Of a DNA stretch of 64,000 nt, positions 13,904 to 30,010 are shown one piece after another. Position numbers and translations under genes: made by a program. How positions within the stretch are numbered: the stretch's first letter is position 1; each line of letters opens with the position of its first letter. This DNA is from Octopus vulgaris. Taxonomy: Eukaryota. The DNA is taken from positions 143,220,001 through 143,284,000 of the forward strand of contig OX597815.1 in NCBI GenBank assembly GCA_951406725.2, in the 5' to 3' direction. The notes beneath the pieces are model-generated. The model was given only the letters and a program-made list of their open reading frames with translations, was not told where the DNA came from and did not search any database.

Positions 13904-14151
13904 ATCAACCACTTATATTGCTATATTTTGTTATCTAGGAATACCCTGTTATACCCCTTTATGGGAGTTGCTGTCAGTTTTTACATCTCATCCTGTTGGT
14001 TACAACTATATATCGTTTGATATTGTTGTTGATATATTAAATCCCGATTGGAAGCTTGTTATATGTTAGAAAAGCGTTTAGTGAAGATCTAGCCATCTCA
14101 TGTTGAAGAATAAATACAAATTTGTGTTTGAAAAAAGAAAATAAATGAATA

Positions 14152-14229
<78 letters not shown>

Positions 14230-14282
14230 CCATTATTTCCATTATTTACAATTGACTGATAATTGTCCTCATCTTTGTTGTT

Positions 14283-14328
14283 AACACAACGTTTCGGTTG
14301 ATATACCCTCCAGCCGTCATCAGGTGTC
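14283..14328 (-). ncRNA. Minimal type-I hammerhead ribozyme motif (canonical core)
   Basis: gacac-CTGATGA-c-ggctg/caacc helix II-GAAAC-GTT-gtgtt; helix I gacac/gtgtt; helix III is the palindrome ACGT; predicted GUU cleavage after 14288. Confidence 0.7.
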
Positions 14329-14428
14329 TTGGTTCTCATTCTTGAGATATTTTCCGATGTTATTATTATCATTGTTGTCGTTGTTGTTGCTGCTGCTGCT
14401 GTTTGTTATTATTATTATCATTATTATT

Positions 14429-14982
14429 GAGTGAGAGAGCAGTGCATGCCATCAAAGTGACACTGGGGTAAAATATACGAAGCCCAATATACCCATCATG
14501 ACTACCCGTCTGATAAAGGTACACCAGGCACATGCATCACAACCATATGTGCGCGACATGGTGATCTCATATCAAGATAAACAGTTCATGACCTTGCAGG
14601 TGGGGCCCAGTTAGAATTTTCTTCAGGTTGAGTAGCCCATCCCGCTCAAATGGTCCCTGAATAAGGGTTGTTTAAGGATGTTGAAAGAACCACCCATGTT
14701 TCCAGAGGTGAATTATTCAAACCCCAAAGAATCCCTCTCAACACATGGCTATGATGCTCCCCAACTACTTCTGCTCGTGATCAGAGATGCACATATCGTC
14801 AGCCACTAAGGGACATGCTCAACTGGTTAAGGTCAAACAACTGACAAGCAAATTTGTGGTATTGAGCAGAATATTTGCTGTAGCCCATCTTTTATACCAA
14901 GACAAAACAATGTACATGATAACACTTCCAATCAGTTAAGATCAGAAGCCATGAGAGCCACTGCCTAGTACTGCATCAGGGC
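14429..14982 (-). mobile_element. Interspersed repeat inserted in (AAT)n (probable 3' UTR or non-autonomous derivative of an R4/Dong-type element); partial second copy at about 34800-34960 (+)
   Basis: (ATT)n on both sides; 14820-14930 is reverse-complement similar to 34850-34950. Confidence 0.55.
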
Positions 14983-15007
14983 ATAATCATTATTATTATT
15001 ATTATAA

Positions 15008-15091
<84 letters not shown>

Positions 15092-15096
15092 TATAA

Positions 15097-15162
<66 letters not shown>

Positions 15163-15289
15163 TCACTGCCGGGAATCGAAATCGGAATCTTTAGGTTAAG
15201 AAGCTGAGCAAAGGCAACAACAATAACAACAACAACGACGACGACGGCGACGACGACGATGATGATGATGATGATGATGATGGAATTAA

Positions 15290-16379
15290 ACACAACGCTA
15301 TAGAAGAAAAAAAATTGGCTTCAAAACTGAATGCCAGAAACATAATTTCGCAATAAATTCACGTGCAGTTGCAGTAGTTTGTTATGGCGTTGGAATCCTG
15401 AAATGGACAGAAGAGGAGCTAAAGGAGTTGGACAGGAAAACAAGAAAGCTTCCAACGATGCATGGAACCCGTCATTCACGTGCAGACATTGATCACCTAC
15501 GCATGAAGAGAGAAAATGGAGGAAGGGGACGTATCGAACTCAGGAGCTTAATGAGATACCTATCCCAAAATAAGGAAACCTGGCTAATGTCAGTTAGGAA
15601 TGAGGGGGTATTGAAAGCAGAGAAAAGTGGAAAAACAAAGAAAGAAGTACAAAAAGGACATGAAGAAGCATTATATAACAAGGGGTTACACATTCAAATC
15701 CACAACAGAACTTGCTGGAAAACATAGGTGAGATTGGATGAAGAAAGGAACACCGGAGAATGAGACTTGCAGCACAAGACCAAGCTTTGACCACGAATAG
15801 GAGGGTCAACCTTAGGAATGAGTAAGTGCCTCTACCGTTCCGCATTTGTAATAGAGTGGAAGAAACCATTGTCCATATCGTGAACGAATACCCAAGACTT
15901 GCCCCCAAACCACTAAACCTTGTGGCGACTCGATGATGCAGCGAAAGTCCTACATTGGAAACTGTGCGAAAAGAGGAGTTAGACGGAGGAAAGACGTGGT
16001 ATGAACACAAACTGCAGAGAGTCGTGGAGTCGGAAACCTGCAAAATCGTCTGGGATTTCCCAATCCAAACAGATCAGGTGCTGAAGCATAACAGACCAGA
16101 CTTAGTGGTAGTCAACATGATGCACTACATGTGCTTTACAGTTGATGTTGCGTGCCCCTTTGACCCACGAATAGAAAAGAAGGAAGGCGAAAAATTAGAT
16201 ATTTTCAATCCTCTTAAGTACGAAATAGCCCGGCTATGGAAAATGAAGAAGGTGAAGATAAAGTCGATTATTGTTGGCTTCTTGGGGACCACGCATATTG
16301 TGTAAAGTACTGTCTGTCTGAGGTCCTTGTTGTGACTTGGCAGATAGTACAAACCCGCGGTAAACACGATATCTTCCCA

Positions 16380-16380
<1 letters not shown>
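15290..16380 (+). mobile_element. R4/Dong-clade non-LTR retrotransposon 3' part (post-RT region, degenerate CCHC finger, REL endonuclease), pseudogenised
   Basis: ILKWTEEELKELDRKTRK..., AAQDQAL, RICNRVEETIVHIVNE, WDFPIQTDQVLKHNRPDLVVV..DVACPFD..KYEIARLW; stops and frameshifts; ends in (AAT)n. Confidence 0.88.
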
Positions 16381-16472
<92 letters not shown>

Positions 16473-18200
16473 GATAATTTCTGCCATAAGGCCTGAAATT
16501 TTAGGGGAGAGGGCTAATCGATTACATCGACCCCAGTGATTCACTGATACTCAATTTATCGACCCCGAAAGGATGAAAAGCAAAGTCGACCTCGACGGAA
16601 TTTGACCTCAGAAAGTAAAGACAGACGAAATACCTCTAAGCATTTTGACCGGCATACAAACGATTCTGCCAAGCACAATGCCTGAACTTTTCTGGTGTGG
16701 GGGAGGAGTCGATTACATTAACCCCAGTATTCAACTGATACTTAATTTATCGATCACCTTCAAAAAGATGAAAAGCAAAATTGACCTCGGCAGAATTTGA
16801 AGTCAGAACGTTAAGATGGACAGACGAAGTGCCACTAAGTCTTTTGTCCGGCGTGCAGAGCATAATAAAGACATTCCAGGTATTTGGCAATAATGTGCTC
16901 TTGATACCAAAATACTACCATGCATGTCATAAATCGACTCACCGAGAAAAGTGAAACTCAAACCACAGTGGGATAAGTTAAATAATAATATATCTCAGCA
17001 ATATCGCCATTAGAATGAACAAAATTACTTAGGTTATCTATTGTAGATTGCTACTAGAAAATGTGGAGCCAAACAAGGAAAACGCGTGACTGTGAATTTA
17101 TATTGGTTATCTGACGGAATAATGTAGTTTGACAGAAGACGAAATGGAAGGTGCAGATTAGTGATCAAAAAGAAAGGCATGGTAAAAGCTAAATGAAGGC
17201 CTTTTTAAAACCTGTTAAAAAGTTACTGTTTTTGACACTGTTCTTTATTGTACTAGATCCCCGAAAAGACTACAGACTCTCTACCGAAAAATATTAGTGG
17301 ACGATTATATTGTTGATAACGGTAGGTTCACGTTTAAATCACAAAATGTTCTGCAAAAGTTTACAGATACTCTTAGCTATAAACCACCCATGGTTGATCT
17401 CAAATACAGCATAAAACAACATATTAGCAGTCAAGTCAGTAGAAGGAAATATACGCAGTCATAACGCCTCGATTGAAATCGTTTTTCGATAAAACGCCAT
17501 ATTTTTTGTCAATGAATTAGCAGCTAGCTTCATTATTTTCAGATAGTCAAATATGAGCTCATTTGAATAAAAGATGAGCTTGGTGGTTTAGGTGTGTAGC
17601 ATAACAAGAATGTTTGTATCACATGTATTAGAGGGAAAAGCGAATGGTTGTTAACGAGACCTTAGCAAACCTATGCAGGTGTAGCAAAATGTGATTGAGA
17701 GGAATTTTATATTCAGAAGCATAGACAGACTGGAATGTAGCGAGGAATATGCTACAGAAAAAAAGATCAATAGAGAAGTTGTCTGCTTCAATATACTGCA
17801 CACACTTAAATACACGTTACTAATATTCTTGAAAATATGTAGAAGATCGCGTGTTTGATGGCCTAATATATAGTTGAATCAGTTAGCACCTCGCTGCTAA
17901 AAGTGAGCGGTCGGTGAGCCGAATTCGTGCCTTGACTATGTTTCCCAAATACGACTGTTTCTCTTCGCTTACGTCACGAAAACACCTGCAAATGTTAAAT
18001 GCTGAACATCACCCATTACCTACTTCGGTAAAATCAATACAGGTTAATCAAATATCGATAAATACCCCTAATTATAAAATGTCAATCTGTTCAATCTCTT
18101 TATCGCAGTTGCGTGAGACATATACAATATTAATTAATTGAAATTTTTGGTTCTATGCTTAAATAAGAAAACATAAAAACCTAATCTTTTTTCAAAGCCT

Positions 18201-18208
18201 GTCTCTCC

Positions 18209-18255
<47 letters not shown>

Positions 18256-18451
18256 CCTTTCTCTCTCTTTATTTCTCTCACTATCCCTCTCTCTTTCTCT
18301 CTTTCTTTCTCTCCCTCCCTTTCTCTCTCCCTCTTTCTTTCTTTCTCTCTCTTTTCCTCTCTCTCTCTCTCTCTTTCATTCTCTCTCTTCCTTTCCCTCT
18401 TACTGTCTTTCTCTCTTTCTCCTTTTCTCTCTCTGTCTCTCTCTGTCTCTT

Positions 18452-18486
<35 letters not shown>

Positions 18487-18660
18487 CACACACTTTCCCT
18501 TTCATTCTCTCTCTTTCATTCTCCCTCTTCCTTTCCCTCTTACTGTCTTTCTCTCTTTCTCCTTTTCTCTCTCTTTCTCTCTCTCACACATACACACACT
18601 TTCTCTCTCTTCCTCTACCTCTCTTTCACTTTCTTTTTCTCTTTCTTGCTTTCTCTCTGA
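18201..18660. repeat. CT-rich low-complexity tract (similar tract at 38698-39130; GA-rich tract at 63290-63560)
   Basis: Direct reading; source of the RERE ORFs. Confidence 0.9.
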
Positions 18661-19688
18661 AAGTTTTGAAGTATAAAATTTCAAATGACACATTCTACTA
18701 CTTTAAGACTGTACTAGAGTAAACATCTTACGTACAGAATGCTGTTGAATGTAGAGAAGTGATGATGGCATGTGCTATAGTGTGAAGGCAAGTAGTGTAC
18801 TAATTGAGGAAGTGTTGGATGCTGTGAGCCCAAAGTCGATGCGACGGTAAAGAGAGTCGAAGAAGCAATAGCGATAGTAATGATGTCGATGGCGATGACG
18901 ATAGACGATTCTATTAATGTATAAGGTGATGGTATTGATGGTTCCAGATGCTGCTGTTCCAATTGTTAAAACAGGCCACCTGAATCCACACACAAAGAAA
19001 AAACAATATTCTGAAATTGACAAAAAAAAAATGCATATTTTTCATAAGTGAAGCTAAACTGCACGACGCTTGATAGTTAAATTCGATGTTTAGCTCAATT
19101 TTTAGCTTGTTTTACTCGTCGAGTTTCTCGGTACAATTTGTGATACATTGTGCACGCACGAACATGTCTCAATAAATACGTGATGTGTATGGCGGAGGAG
19201 GAGTATACGTTGCTTATGTGGAATAATGCATATGCTGCTAGTTTTTATGAATGTACGTGAAGATTGTGAGTGTTTCATATATACGTTGTATTTCGATGAG
19301 CGTATGTGCTTCACTCTGTACTTGCGGTGGGGAGGAGATGCATGTGTGTGCGTATGTGTGTGTATGTGCGTGTAGGTGTGTGCTGCTTGTGTCTGTGCGT
19401 GCAATTACAAATGCACGATCATGCGATATAATCGAACACTACATAAGCATCAACGCTTGAAATAAAGAAATTAGTACATTTGTGTCAGCTGTAGCACATA
19501 GGCTTCCGCATACACATACGCACTGTCATATGTACATACAAGCACGTATCTGATACACACACACATGCTTATTTATGTGTATGATACATCAAACTGTTAC
19601 ATACATATATATATATACACACACACGCACACATACATACTCACGCACTCACACACATATATATATTTATAGATCTATATTTTTATAT

Positions 19689-19800
<112 letters not shown>

Positions 19801-19872
19801 GATATACGCATACACATGCATGTTTATATCTATGTATAAATATTCGTTTTACATGAGGGAAAAGTACGTGTT

Positions 19873-19907
<35 letters not shown>

Positions 19908-19951
19908 ACACACACACACATTTCTATATGCATTGCATATGCATATAAGCA

Positions 19952-19986
<35 letters not shown>

Positions 19987-20582
19987 TTACGCGGATTTTC
20001 TTTATATGTGTTTATGTGTTTGCGTATGTTAGTATGTACGTACATATATTGTATGTCTATATTTGTATGTATGCACGTGTGTGTGTGTGTGTGTGTGTGA
20101 GTGAGTGTGTGTATGAGTGCATTTTTGTAGGTACGGGTATGCTGTTATATTCTGTTTTCTTCGTACACACTTGTGTCGTGTAGTCGTGCTACGATGTGGA
20201 GAAGGGTGGATGGGAAAAGAAATATTTTGCACCGGGAAACCTGCTATATAAAGGAATAAACATACCATGATCTGATTAGAGTTAACACTCAACTTGTTAA
20301 TATACCTGCAGTCATCCATCTAAATGACAACGGGTACGCACTCACACACACACACACACACACACACACGCGCGCGTATCTGTATCTGTGTGTGTTTGTG
20401 AGTGTGTGTATGTACGTGTGTGAGCGCGCGCAAGTACATGGATCTATGTACCTGACAAATTGGCACTCAACTGAATTATACGCATGCGCATACATACTGT
20501 AATTTTTCCTCAAATATAAATACATACCCATACATAAATATTTTAGTAGATATATATATATGTGTGTGTGTTTGTATGTATG

Positions 20583-20626
<44 letters not shown>

Positions 20627-21025
20627 AGAATATAGGCACATATATGTGTATGTGTGTGTGTGTTTGTAAATAAAATTATATATAGTTAGATATACCATTC
20701 TGCACACATACTGCGCCTAATTTTGCCAATATTTAAATGCACGTAAACACTGACACACACATACTCGCACACATATACTCATATATACACAGACAGACCT
20801 ATACACACACACGCACACATACAGAAATAGGCATACAGAAGATATATATATATAATAGGACGGTTACACACTAACATATATGAACAATTACATCATAATA
20901 ACGATGCACATACCGAAACAAAACTTGTTCTTCATGTTTCCAATTCTTATAAATATATTTTTGACACTTGTTTCTTTAAATAACAAACATATCCACACAT
21001 CTGTGCACAAGCAAAAAAAAAAACT

Positions 21026-21068
<43 letters not shown>

Positions 21069-21235
21069 AAGCGCAGGAAGATACTCACATTCACACATAA
21101 ACAAATATACATATATGTGTACATACATTGATGCATGCATGCGTAACATTTATGCACACATCATTGAGGTATACATACATACATACATACATACATACAT
21201 ACATACATACATACATACATACATACATACATACA

Positions 21236-21268
<33 letters not shown>

Positions 21269-21664
21269 GCATACATATCAAGGTAATCTACCCGCTGCTG
21301 GGTATCAATACCCGAATACTTGCACTGAAAGAAAACATTCTATTATGATTCTTCTTTAACGATTTATCTGTTATCTCCTTTTTATTTTATCTACCCTTCT
21401 CTCTCTCTCTCCTTCTCTCTCTCCTTCTCTCTCTCTCTCCCTCTCTTGCATACACTCACACACAATCACACTCACACACAATCTAGCATACTCAAAAGAC
21501 AAGTGCATACACACCTGCCTACAACCTTATTGTGAGTGTGAACAATTTTACATCTTTTTTCTACACCAATATTCGATTCCCTTAAAATAACTTCCTACCT
21601 GCTTCTATGGCATTTATTCCAGCGTCTATTCTGTATTCTTCCTTCATTTCCAATCAATGGTGCC

Positions 21665-21698
<34 letters not shown>

Positions 21699-22781
21699 AT
21701 CCCAATGCTGTTTGTGAAACTACATGGGAATCTGAGAAGGCGTGTGGCCTAGTGGTAAGGCTACTACACTCACGATCGGTAGATCTTGGGTTCGATTCAC
21801 TGACTGGGCGGCACATTGTGTTCTTGAGCAAAACATTTCGTTTCATGTTGCTTTAGTCCTTTCGATCATATGGGGAATGCTGGCTTGCTCGCCCAACCAG
21901 CAGGGTGGCATCATTTGAAGGCTAAAATAATGCAAAGCGCACTGTGACAAGCGATGTGTAACAACCTCTGATAGTCTGGTCGGTCACGTGATCATGTGTG
22001 ACATGTGAATCTACATTAATTGGCTTTGCAGTCACGTGGTTTCGAGTTTAGTTTCACTGCGCGGTACCTTGAGCTTATTGTGTTTTGCAAAAGGCCCTTT
22101 CCCCAGCCAACCAATGCTTCTGAATGAACTTGGTAGAGGGAAACTGGACAGAAGCCCGTTGTATGTGTGTTTATATGCGTGTCTATGCGTGTGTGTTTAT
22201 CACCACCACACACTGGTTGAAACAGAGTTGGTTTGTTTAGATTCCCGTAACTTACCAGTTCAGTAAAACAAACCAACAGAATATGCACCAGGTCTTCAAA
22301 ATACATAAGTACTAGAGTCGATTTGTTTACGGAGTACCTTTAAAGTGGTGCCCCAGTCTGGGCTGAATACAAATGACTGAAACAAATAAACGATTAAAAG
22401 TTAAAGATAAAAAAAATATTCCACCTAAGAAAACAAGGAACATTACCATCTTTGGATAACTATTTGTCTTTAGACATACATACGTGATTACCTGTAGAAA
22501 TAGCAACAGCGTATCGTACTTTCCTCGCTTTCATATGATACTCTCCTCAACTGTAATGATTGAGCATTGTCGTTTGTATTTTGAGTTCTAACTGAATAAA
22601 TGATAATATCCGTCAGCATGAATGTATATATATATATATATATATATATTTATTTATATATGTCGGGAACACTGCGTGCAGCACCTTGGGCAAGTGTCTT
22701 CTACTATAGCCTCGGGCCGACCAAAGCCTTGTGAGTGGATTTGGTAGACGGAAACTGAAAGAAGCCCGTCGTATATATGTG

Positions 22782-22851
<70 letters not shown>

Positions 22852-25800
22852 CAAATCTATACATATTCATACACTCGTGTATGGTTATCTTTGAATGTAT
22901 GCGTATGTAGGCATGTGAATGTTTGTAAATATGTGTTGCGATTCTCATCGTAGTCACCTACTGTCATTTACAATGGATCAAAGATCCGATCTAGATATCG
23001 ATTTTGACGTTAATCAGTTTCCTGTAACCCATTATTGATATTGAAATATTAAGATTGAGTTTATCTGTGATCGATTGTTCCACTTTGAAAACAGAATATC
23101 TTGCCGAATTTCGATTCCTAATACTGATATCTAATATTGATTAAGAAGATCATGAGAAATATCGATCTAGATTCTTTTTAAGTCTTTGTTTTGCAGAAAA
23201 GAATGGGTGCCATATGACGGCAGAAATAAAAACATCTAAGTACAGGGCTGCATGCAGGGAAGAAATGTCACAATGTCGAAGACTCGGTGTTTGATTTTAC
23301 GTGTTTCATATTATGTATAGTGCGCAGAAGAGATTAGAGGTGTCAATATAAATAGTTTAAAGGAAGAATGGCAGAAAGTATTAGAAAGTTGGTCTGAGGA
23401 TTCACAATAAACTAGACGTCTTTAAAGACACCTAAGGATCGTGGTTTGTAAATTTAATCCACCTGGGTAATGATTAAGCTTACAATCCAAAATTGAGTAG
23501 ATTTTCGTAATATACTATAATGTAGATGCAAGCAAGTAGCAAGGGTCTTTTCTTTATTTCTTTTCTCTTTTATTTGCTGGGCCTTGAAGAATGAACAGCG
23601 CCCATGGCTTTCGCAGACTTTCTGATACTAGTAAGATTGATTTTTTGTTTATTTTAGTTAAATATGGATAGAAGAAGTTGTGCTCATGATCTTTGCAGGC
23701 CCTCGGAGACTAATCAGCTGAATGCCGTTAATATTCCGTCTAAAACTGTTGCAAATCAACAATTGCTGGTAATGTATCACTTGCTTAAGTATGGATCTGT
23801 TCGTCGTATTCTTTGCATGAGAGTGGAACAAATAGGCAATTGATACATAAAAAGAAGAGATGCCATTAAATTTCCTCTGGAACCATTACAAGAAGGAATT
23901 CCAGAAAGCTCACGCCCTAGAAACGAAGAACAGGGCACAGTGATTGATTTGGGGCCTGGGGGTTGGACATAACAAGAGCGATGAAAGAAAGAGAAGTGAG
24001 TGGATCAAGATTTCTTGCATGGAAGTTCATTAGCGCAACCAGCTCCGAGGAGCAAAGCCCTTTGTAATAAGCTGTGGGTTTGAAGTTGGAGTATCTGTAA
24101 ATGACTTTATGCTGATCAGTTACGTTGCCCTTTCCAGATGCAGTTTAGGATGACGTGTATGTGAGTAGAGACAGCACTGCTTCACATGTAGAAGTAATAC
24201 TCTGTTGTGGACTTCACCTGAGCTTTGTTGTATATTAATAAGAGTCCTGTTGTTGCGATGCGGCTCTACTTATAAATGTACTTTCACTAGAAATCTTAGG
24301 TAATATTGAGGCACAAAATTTGGAGCGATTGTGAAGACTGTAGCAGCCTGCTAAGTGTTTAAGTGAATTGTGGCCTGAAGTTGCTTTGCTGGTATGGATT
24401 TGTATTTTCTTGCTGTAGGAAGAGACAAGATTCTTATATACTCAATGGAATATGAGTTCAATGCCTGTCTTAATAGAAGCGCTGCCTGTTTTGGCGTCTC
24501 GTGGTCAAATCGAATAAGCAGAGACTATGCGGTGGCACGTCGGATGGACCGTAGCTATAATTCAAAAAAGCAACCAAATCACATTATGTCATGCTGATTC
24601 TTCTTGAGAATTACGTTAAGGGTACACGTGTCTGTGAAATACTCAACCTCTTACTCGTTCAATTGATCGAACAATTGAATGCTCAACGTCGTAACGGACA
24701 GATAATCCGTTATCGCCATCGTCATTATCACTGTCGTTATGTCGTCGTCATCATCATCCATGTCGTATAATATACTCGCTGTTATCGTTTAGACTTAATT
24801 CAGTTCTATGAATAAAAGCTTTGCAAACATTATCGCTCCTCATTTTCTTTTAGCCATACTGGACTACATTATCCCATGTGGTTTTTACTTTAAGATCTTG
24901 TGGTTACGTTTGAAGGATGTTTGTCTGCAGTTTCTAGAAAGTCAGACGACCACGTAAAGACTGCTCTGTGATTCAAAGCTTAGTGTAATAGTCAAATATA
25001 ATATAAGATTCTTGTTCCATCGTTTCATTTGTATACTAGGACTGCTTCTTGCGTGAAGTTGACCGAAATCACACGGCAACATTCTAACGCGACTTCTGTT
25101 CAGTAGAAGACAATTGACGAGTTCTCCGTCAAACTCAACGATGATCATTGACTAATAAAATTAATTTATAAACAGCTAATTTTTCCAAAGACACATGTAT
25201 CCGCAGTATAATTCTCAGACTGAACAGCGTAGCATTATGTAACAAGCATTGTCTTTTTAATTATTGCCACAATAAAGAGAATGGGATGGAAAGAGAGACA
25301 GACGGTAACAGAGACAGACAGACAGACAGAGAAATCGTTTCAAGTATTGGACGGGTAGTTTGTTTAACAATCGCAAAACAATGAAGAGCAAAGTTGGCTT
25401 CGGCGGTATTTGAACTCGGAGAGCGTGAATGAGCACTGCAAGACATTCTGTTCCACACTTTGAAATTATTCTACTAATGCGCTGATTGGATCAAGTGACG
25501 CTATATACTGTAGTGTAATGTGTTGTTGCTTATAGCTGTCTGTTATTGTTATACTATCGTGTCGTATAAAATATCGTCCATGATATTACTATTATTTTAC
25601 AGTATCAATCTCGTGAAAGGGAGAGAAAAATTTTAGTGAATATGAAAGGAAAAAAATCTATAATAGGCAGGGCAAAATAATGAGTTGCTTCCCTTGAAAA
25701 GTCTATATAGAGTAATCTCCCTTGTATATATTGTACTTTTTGATATGTAATTTTCTATTTTATTTCTAGTCTGGGTTTTATGAAAACAGAAGAATCTTAT

Positions 25801-26189
25801 TATGCTTACCTTATGTAAGATAAGACAAACGTTGCTACATATTCATCGATTTTATATATTTTACAGGAAATTTGCTTTTACGTCTTGTAAATTCTACTTC
25901 AACTTTGCCTTTCATCGTTTCGGAACCGATAAAATGCAGTACCAATCAAGCACTAGGGTCGATGTAATCGACTAGACCTCTCCCATCATAATTGCTGCCC
26001 TTATACCCTACAACGGATCGTTGTCTCATTCAAGGGGAATATTATGATCTTGGTCATTTATACGCCATAGAAACCGGGCATCCAGCTTGTGAGGCCAAGG
26101 ACTCGAGATTTTTTCTTTCTTTTTTCTTTTTCTAAAATATGCTCTCTTTCTCTCAGATACTTTATCCCAGATATACTTTTATGCTTCTA

Positions 26190-26590
26190 CGTGTTTCAGT
26201 CATTTGACAGCGGCCATGCTGGGGCACCACCTTTAGTCGAACAAATCGACTGCAGGATTTACTCTTTGTAAGCCTAGTACTTATTCTATCGGTCTCTTTT
26301 GCTGAAGTACTAAGTTACGGAGACGTAAACACACCAGCATCGGTTGTCAAGCGAAGGAACAAACACAGACACAAACACACACACACTCACAAACACACAC
26401 ACACACACATATATACATATATACATACGACGGGCTTCTATCAGTTTCCATCTACCAAATCCACTCACAAAGCTTTGGTCGACCCGAGGCTATAGCAGAA
26501 AACACTTGCTCAAGGTGCCATGCAGTGAGACTGAACCTGAAACCATGTGGTTGGGAAGCAATCTTCTTACTACATACCCACTCCTGCGCT
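26190..26590 (-). mobile_element. tRNA-derived SINE, family A
   Basis: Reverse complement of the 61676-62085 copy. Confidence 0.85.
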
Positions 26591-26867
26591 GGGAATATTC
26601 CACCAATATGTATGGCATACGTACCATATGGAGTGTTTACGACTATTCACAGTTGTTAAGTTACTCAAACTAAATATAACCCTTTGAGATTTTACTGTTT
26701 AATAGATACAGGTCACCATGAGAGACTTTCTGAACTTTAGAGGTCAAGCATATTTTAAGCTTTAAAGTTTGTTGAGATTTTTGTTGAGAGCTCTCGTGTG
26801 TACGGCTAATAGGGTGAATTGTTGATAATGATGTTGCTGTTGAAATCGCCTTTGTTGTTGTTGTTGT

Positions 26868-27575
<708 letters not shown>

Positions 27576-28271
27576 TTCTGGTGCGGTGGGGGTTGGCGGT
27601 GGTAGTTGCCTTCGCTCTGTTCGTTTAGCCTCGAGTCAACACTGAATGAGATACACTCATCGAAGTTCAGCTGCTACAAATTCAATCATAGACCAACTTC
27701 CTGCCATAAAGCGACAACAAAACCGATAGAAATTAAGTTAAGACGATTGAAACCATTAACAGAATAAAAGAAAAGAAAGAACCGCGTTCTTGTCTTGATG
27801 GTGCTGGCATTTTTCTTTTTTCTTCTTTTTTTTCTTTTTGCCATGTATCTAGGATTACATTCTTCAAGGAATCTACAGAGTAGTTGCTATATATTAACAA
27901 GGCCCATAGCATCCACATAGAACCCTAAAAGTTTCTCGTTTATATACGTAAAGTATATGTATAGTAATTGTGTTCTGATACTGGGGAGAGAGAGACCAGG
28001 TCAGAAACGCAAAATTGCTTGTCACATTTGAAGGCCAGATTTGAATTAAATATACAACAATGAAGCTTCATTAAAATAATTTATTTAATAAACGGAAAAT
28101 TATAATTATAATAATTGAGAATTTGTAAATTATAAATGTTAAAGCAATATTTGTAAATGTAAAACTACTAATAACATTTTTAGAGAAATTAGTTCATTAG
28201 AATAGAAATACAAACATTCTTTGCGTTGTATTTATGAAGATCTTGCCATTATGCAGTGTCTGTAACGCGGA

Positions 28272-28302
<31 letters not shown>

Positions 28303-28873
28303 GGTTGACCACCATGTTTCATAGAAAGCAATAGGTAGATTTTCGTGGTACGGACGATATTTTCATGGCAATATGACGATATTTTCACGGCAATAGCATT
28401 TCTATAACGCGGAGTTGTTTGTATCATTTGACCAATAAAAATATCTTTTGTGCGCAAAACCCTAACTTCTAGATCGGCATACGTAAAGGCCTCAAAAACA
28501 GCATGTGACTATGCAACGAAGTCTAATTTGTAATAAGAATTAAAGAGTGGTTTGGAGTGGAGAGATTCTTAGTGGATGTAATTTAGCTGTTGTTATTTAA
28601 CCTCGAACTGAAAGCGGTGAGCTGGCAGAATCATTAACACGTTGGAAAAAATGTCTAGTGATATTTACTCAAGCCCTGTACATTGTGAATTCAAATCCTT
28701 CTAAAATCAATTTTGCTTTTCAACTCTCCAAAATCGATAAAATAAGCTAAAAGCCAAGTATTGGAGTTGATGGTATCGATTAACTCCTTCCCTTGAAAGT
28801 GGCTAAAATAGAAACTGTTATTTAATCTTAAATTAACGTCTATCATTAAAAGTTATTATAATCATAGATTATA

Positions 28874-29180
28874 GTGGCTGTGTGGTAAGAAGTTTGCTTC
28901 CCAACCACACGGTTCTGGGTTCAGTCTCACTGTGCGGCACCTTTGACAAGTGTCTTCAACTATAGCTCGTGTGAGTGTGTTTGTGCATTTGTCCCTCACC
29001 ATCACCTAACAACCAATGTTGGCTTGTTTACGTTCCTGTAACTTGGTGGTTCGGCAAGAGATTCCGATAGAATAAGTACCAGGCTTTAAAATAAATAAGT
29101 ACTGGGATCGATTCATTCTACTAAAATTCTTCAAAGCAGGGCTGCAGCGTGGCCGCAGCCTAATGACTGAGACAAGTGAC
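28874..29180 (+). mobile_element. tRNA-derived SINE, family A
   Basis: gtggctgtgtggtaagaagtttgcttcccaaccacacggttctgggttcagtc head and gccgcagcctaatgactgagacaagt tail. Confidence 0.8.
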
Positions 29181-29871
29181 AAAAGATATCATTATTTAAA
29201 AATCAACAGCCATACACATCTCCTTACATTTTATTTAGCCATCGTGTATCTATTACTAAATAGAGTACCACTTTTTAAGGTGTGATTTGAGGGATATTGG
29301 ACTGCTAATTTTAGCATGGCTAAAAACAATATGGAGGGGGTTTTCCTTAACACCTATGCGGTGTTAAAGTTGTTGCCCATAGATGTTGCCTGTGTGTGAA
29401 TGATCAGAGAACAACGAAGGATGGTATCATGTACAGGTGAATGTATAATAAAGTTAATCTGTGCCCGGTCCATCAGCAGGACCTGAGTTTGGTTGACTTG
29501 AGTACAGCTCATTCTTGATTGATTTTAATAGGGTCCACTCTGTTTGAAACTACCACTACCACCTGACTTTGGATAGCTTCCACTCAGTTTGAATCAATCG
29601 GTTCATATCTAAAGTCCAATTAAATAGAGTTCATCTCCAATTCCTCCAACCAGTAAGGTAACCCAATATGCAGAGTCACTGAAGCAATGGATAGAGTGCT
29701 TCGCGGGAATCATTCCGCTCTGGGTCCATATTCAGAAGAGATCATCTTTGCGTTGTCTTTCATCTTTTAAGAATCGATAAATAACTGTACTGTACTGGAA
29801 TCAATTCTCTTCTCCCTCTCTACCTCTCGCTATCTCTCTCTTTCTCTCTCTCTCTCTATATATATATATAG

Positions 29872-29925
<54 letters not shown>

Positions 29926-30010
29926 ATCTCTATCTCATTCACTCACTCCATTGGGATGAACGTCATAAGACCTGGAGAGGGATGGGCTCCGCAAGGTTTT
30001 AAAAAGAGCC

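Larger units (their letters stand above)
14230..15209 (-). mobile_element. tRNA-head/(AAT)n/hammerhead-tail SINE-like element, 5'-truncated, with nested insert 14429-14982
   Basis: Head 15158-15209 is homologous to 40135-40185; tail 14230-14360 is homologous to 41022-41160 and contains an intact HHR motif. Confidence 0.7.

Noticed and set aside
23640-24560. Possible degenerate APE-type LINE on the - strand
   Set aside because: Too decayed; only a weak NFHARN resemblance to GDFNA.
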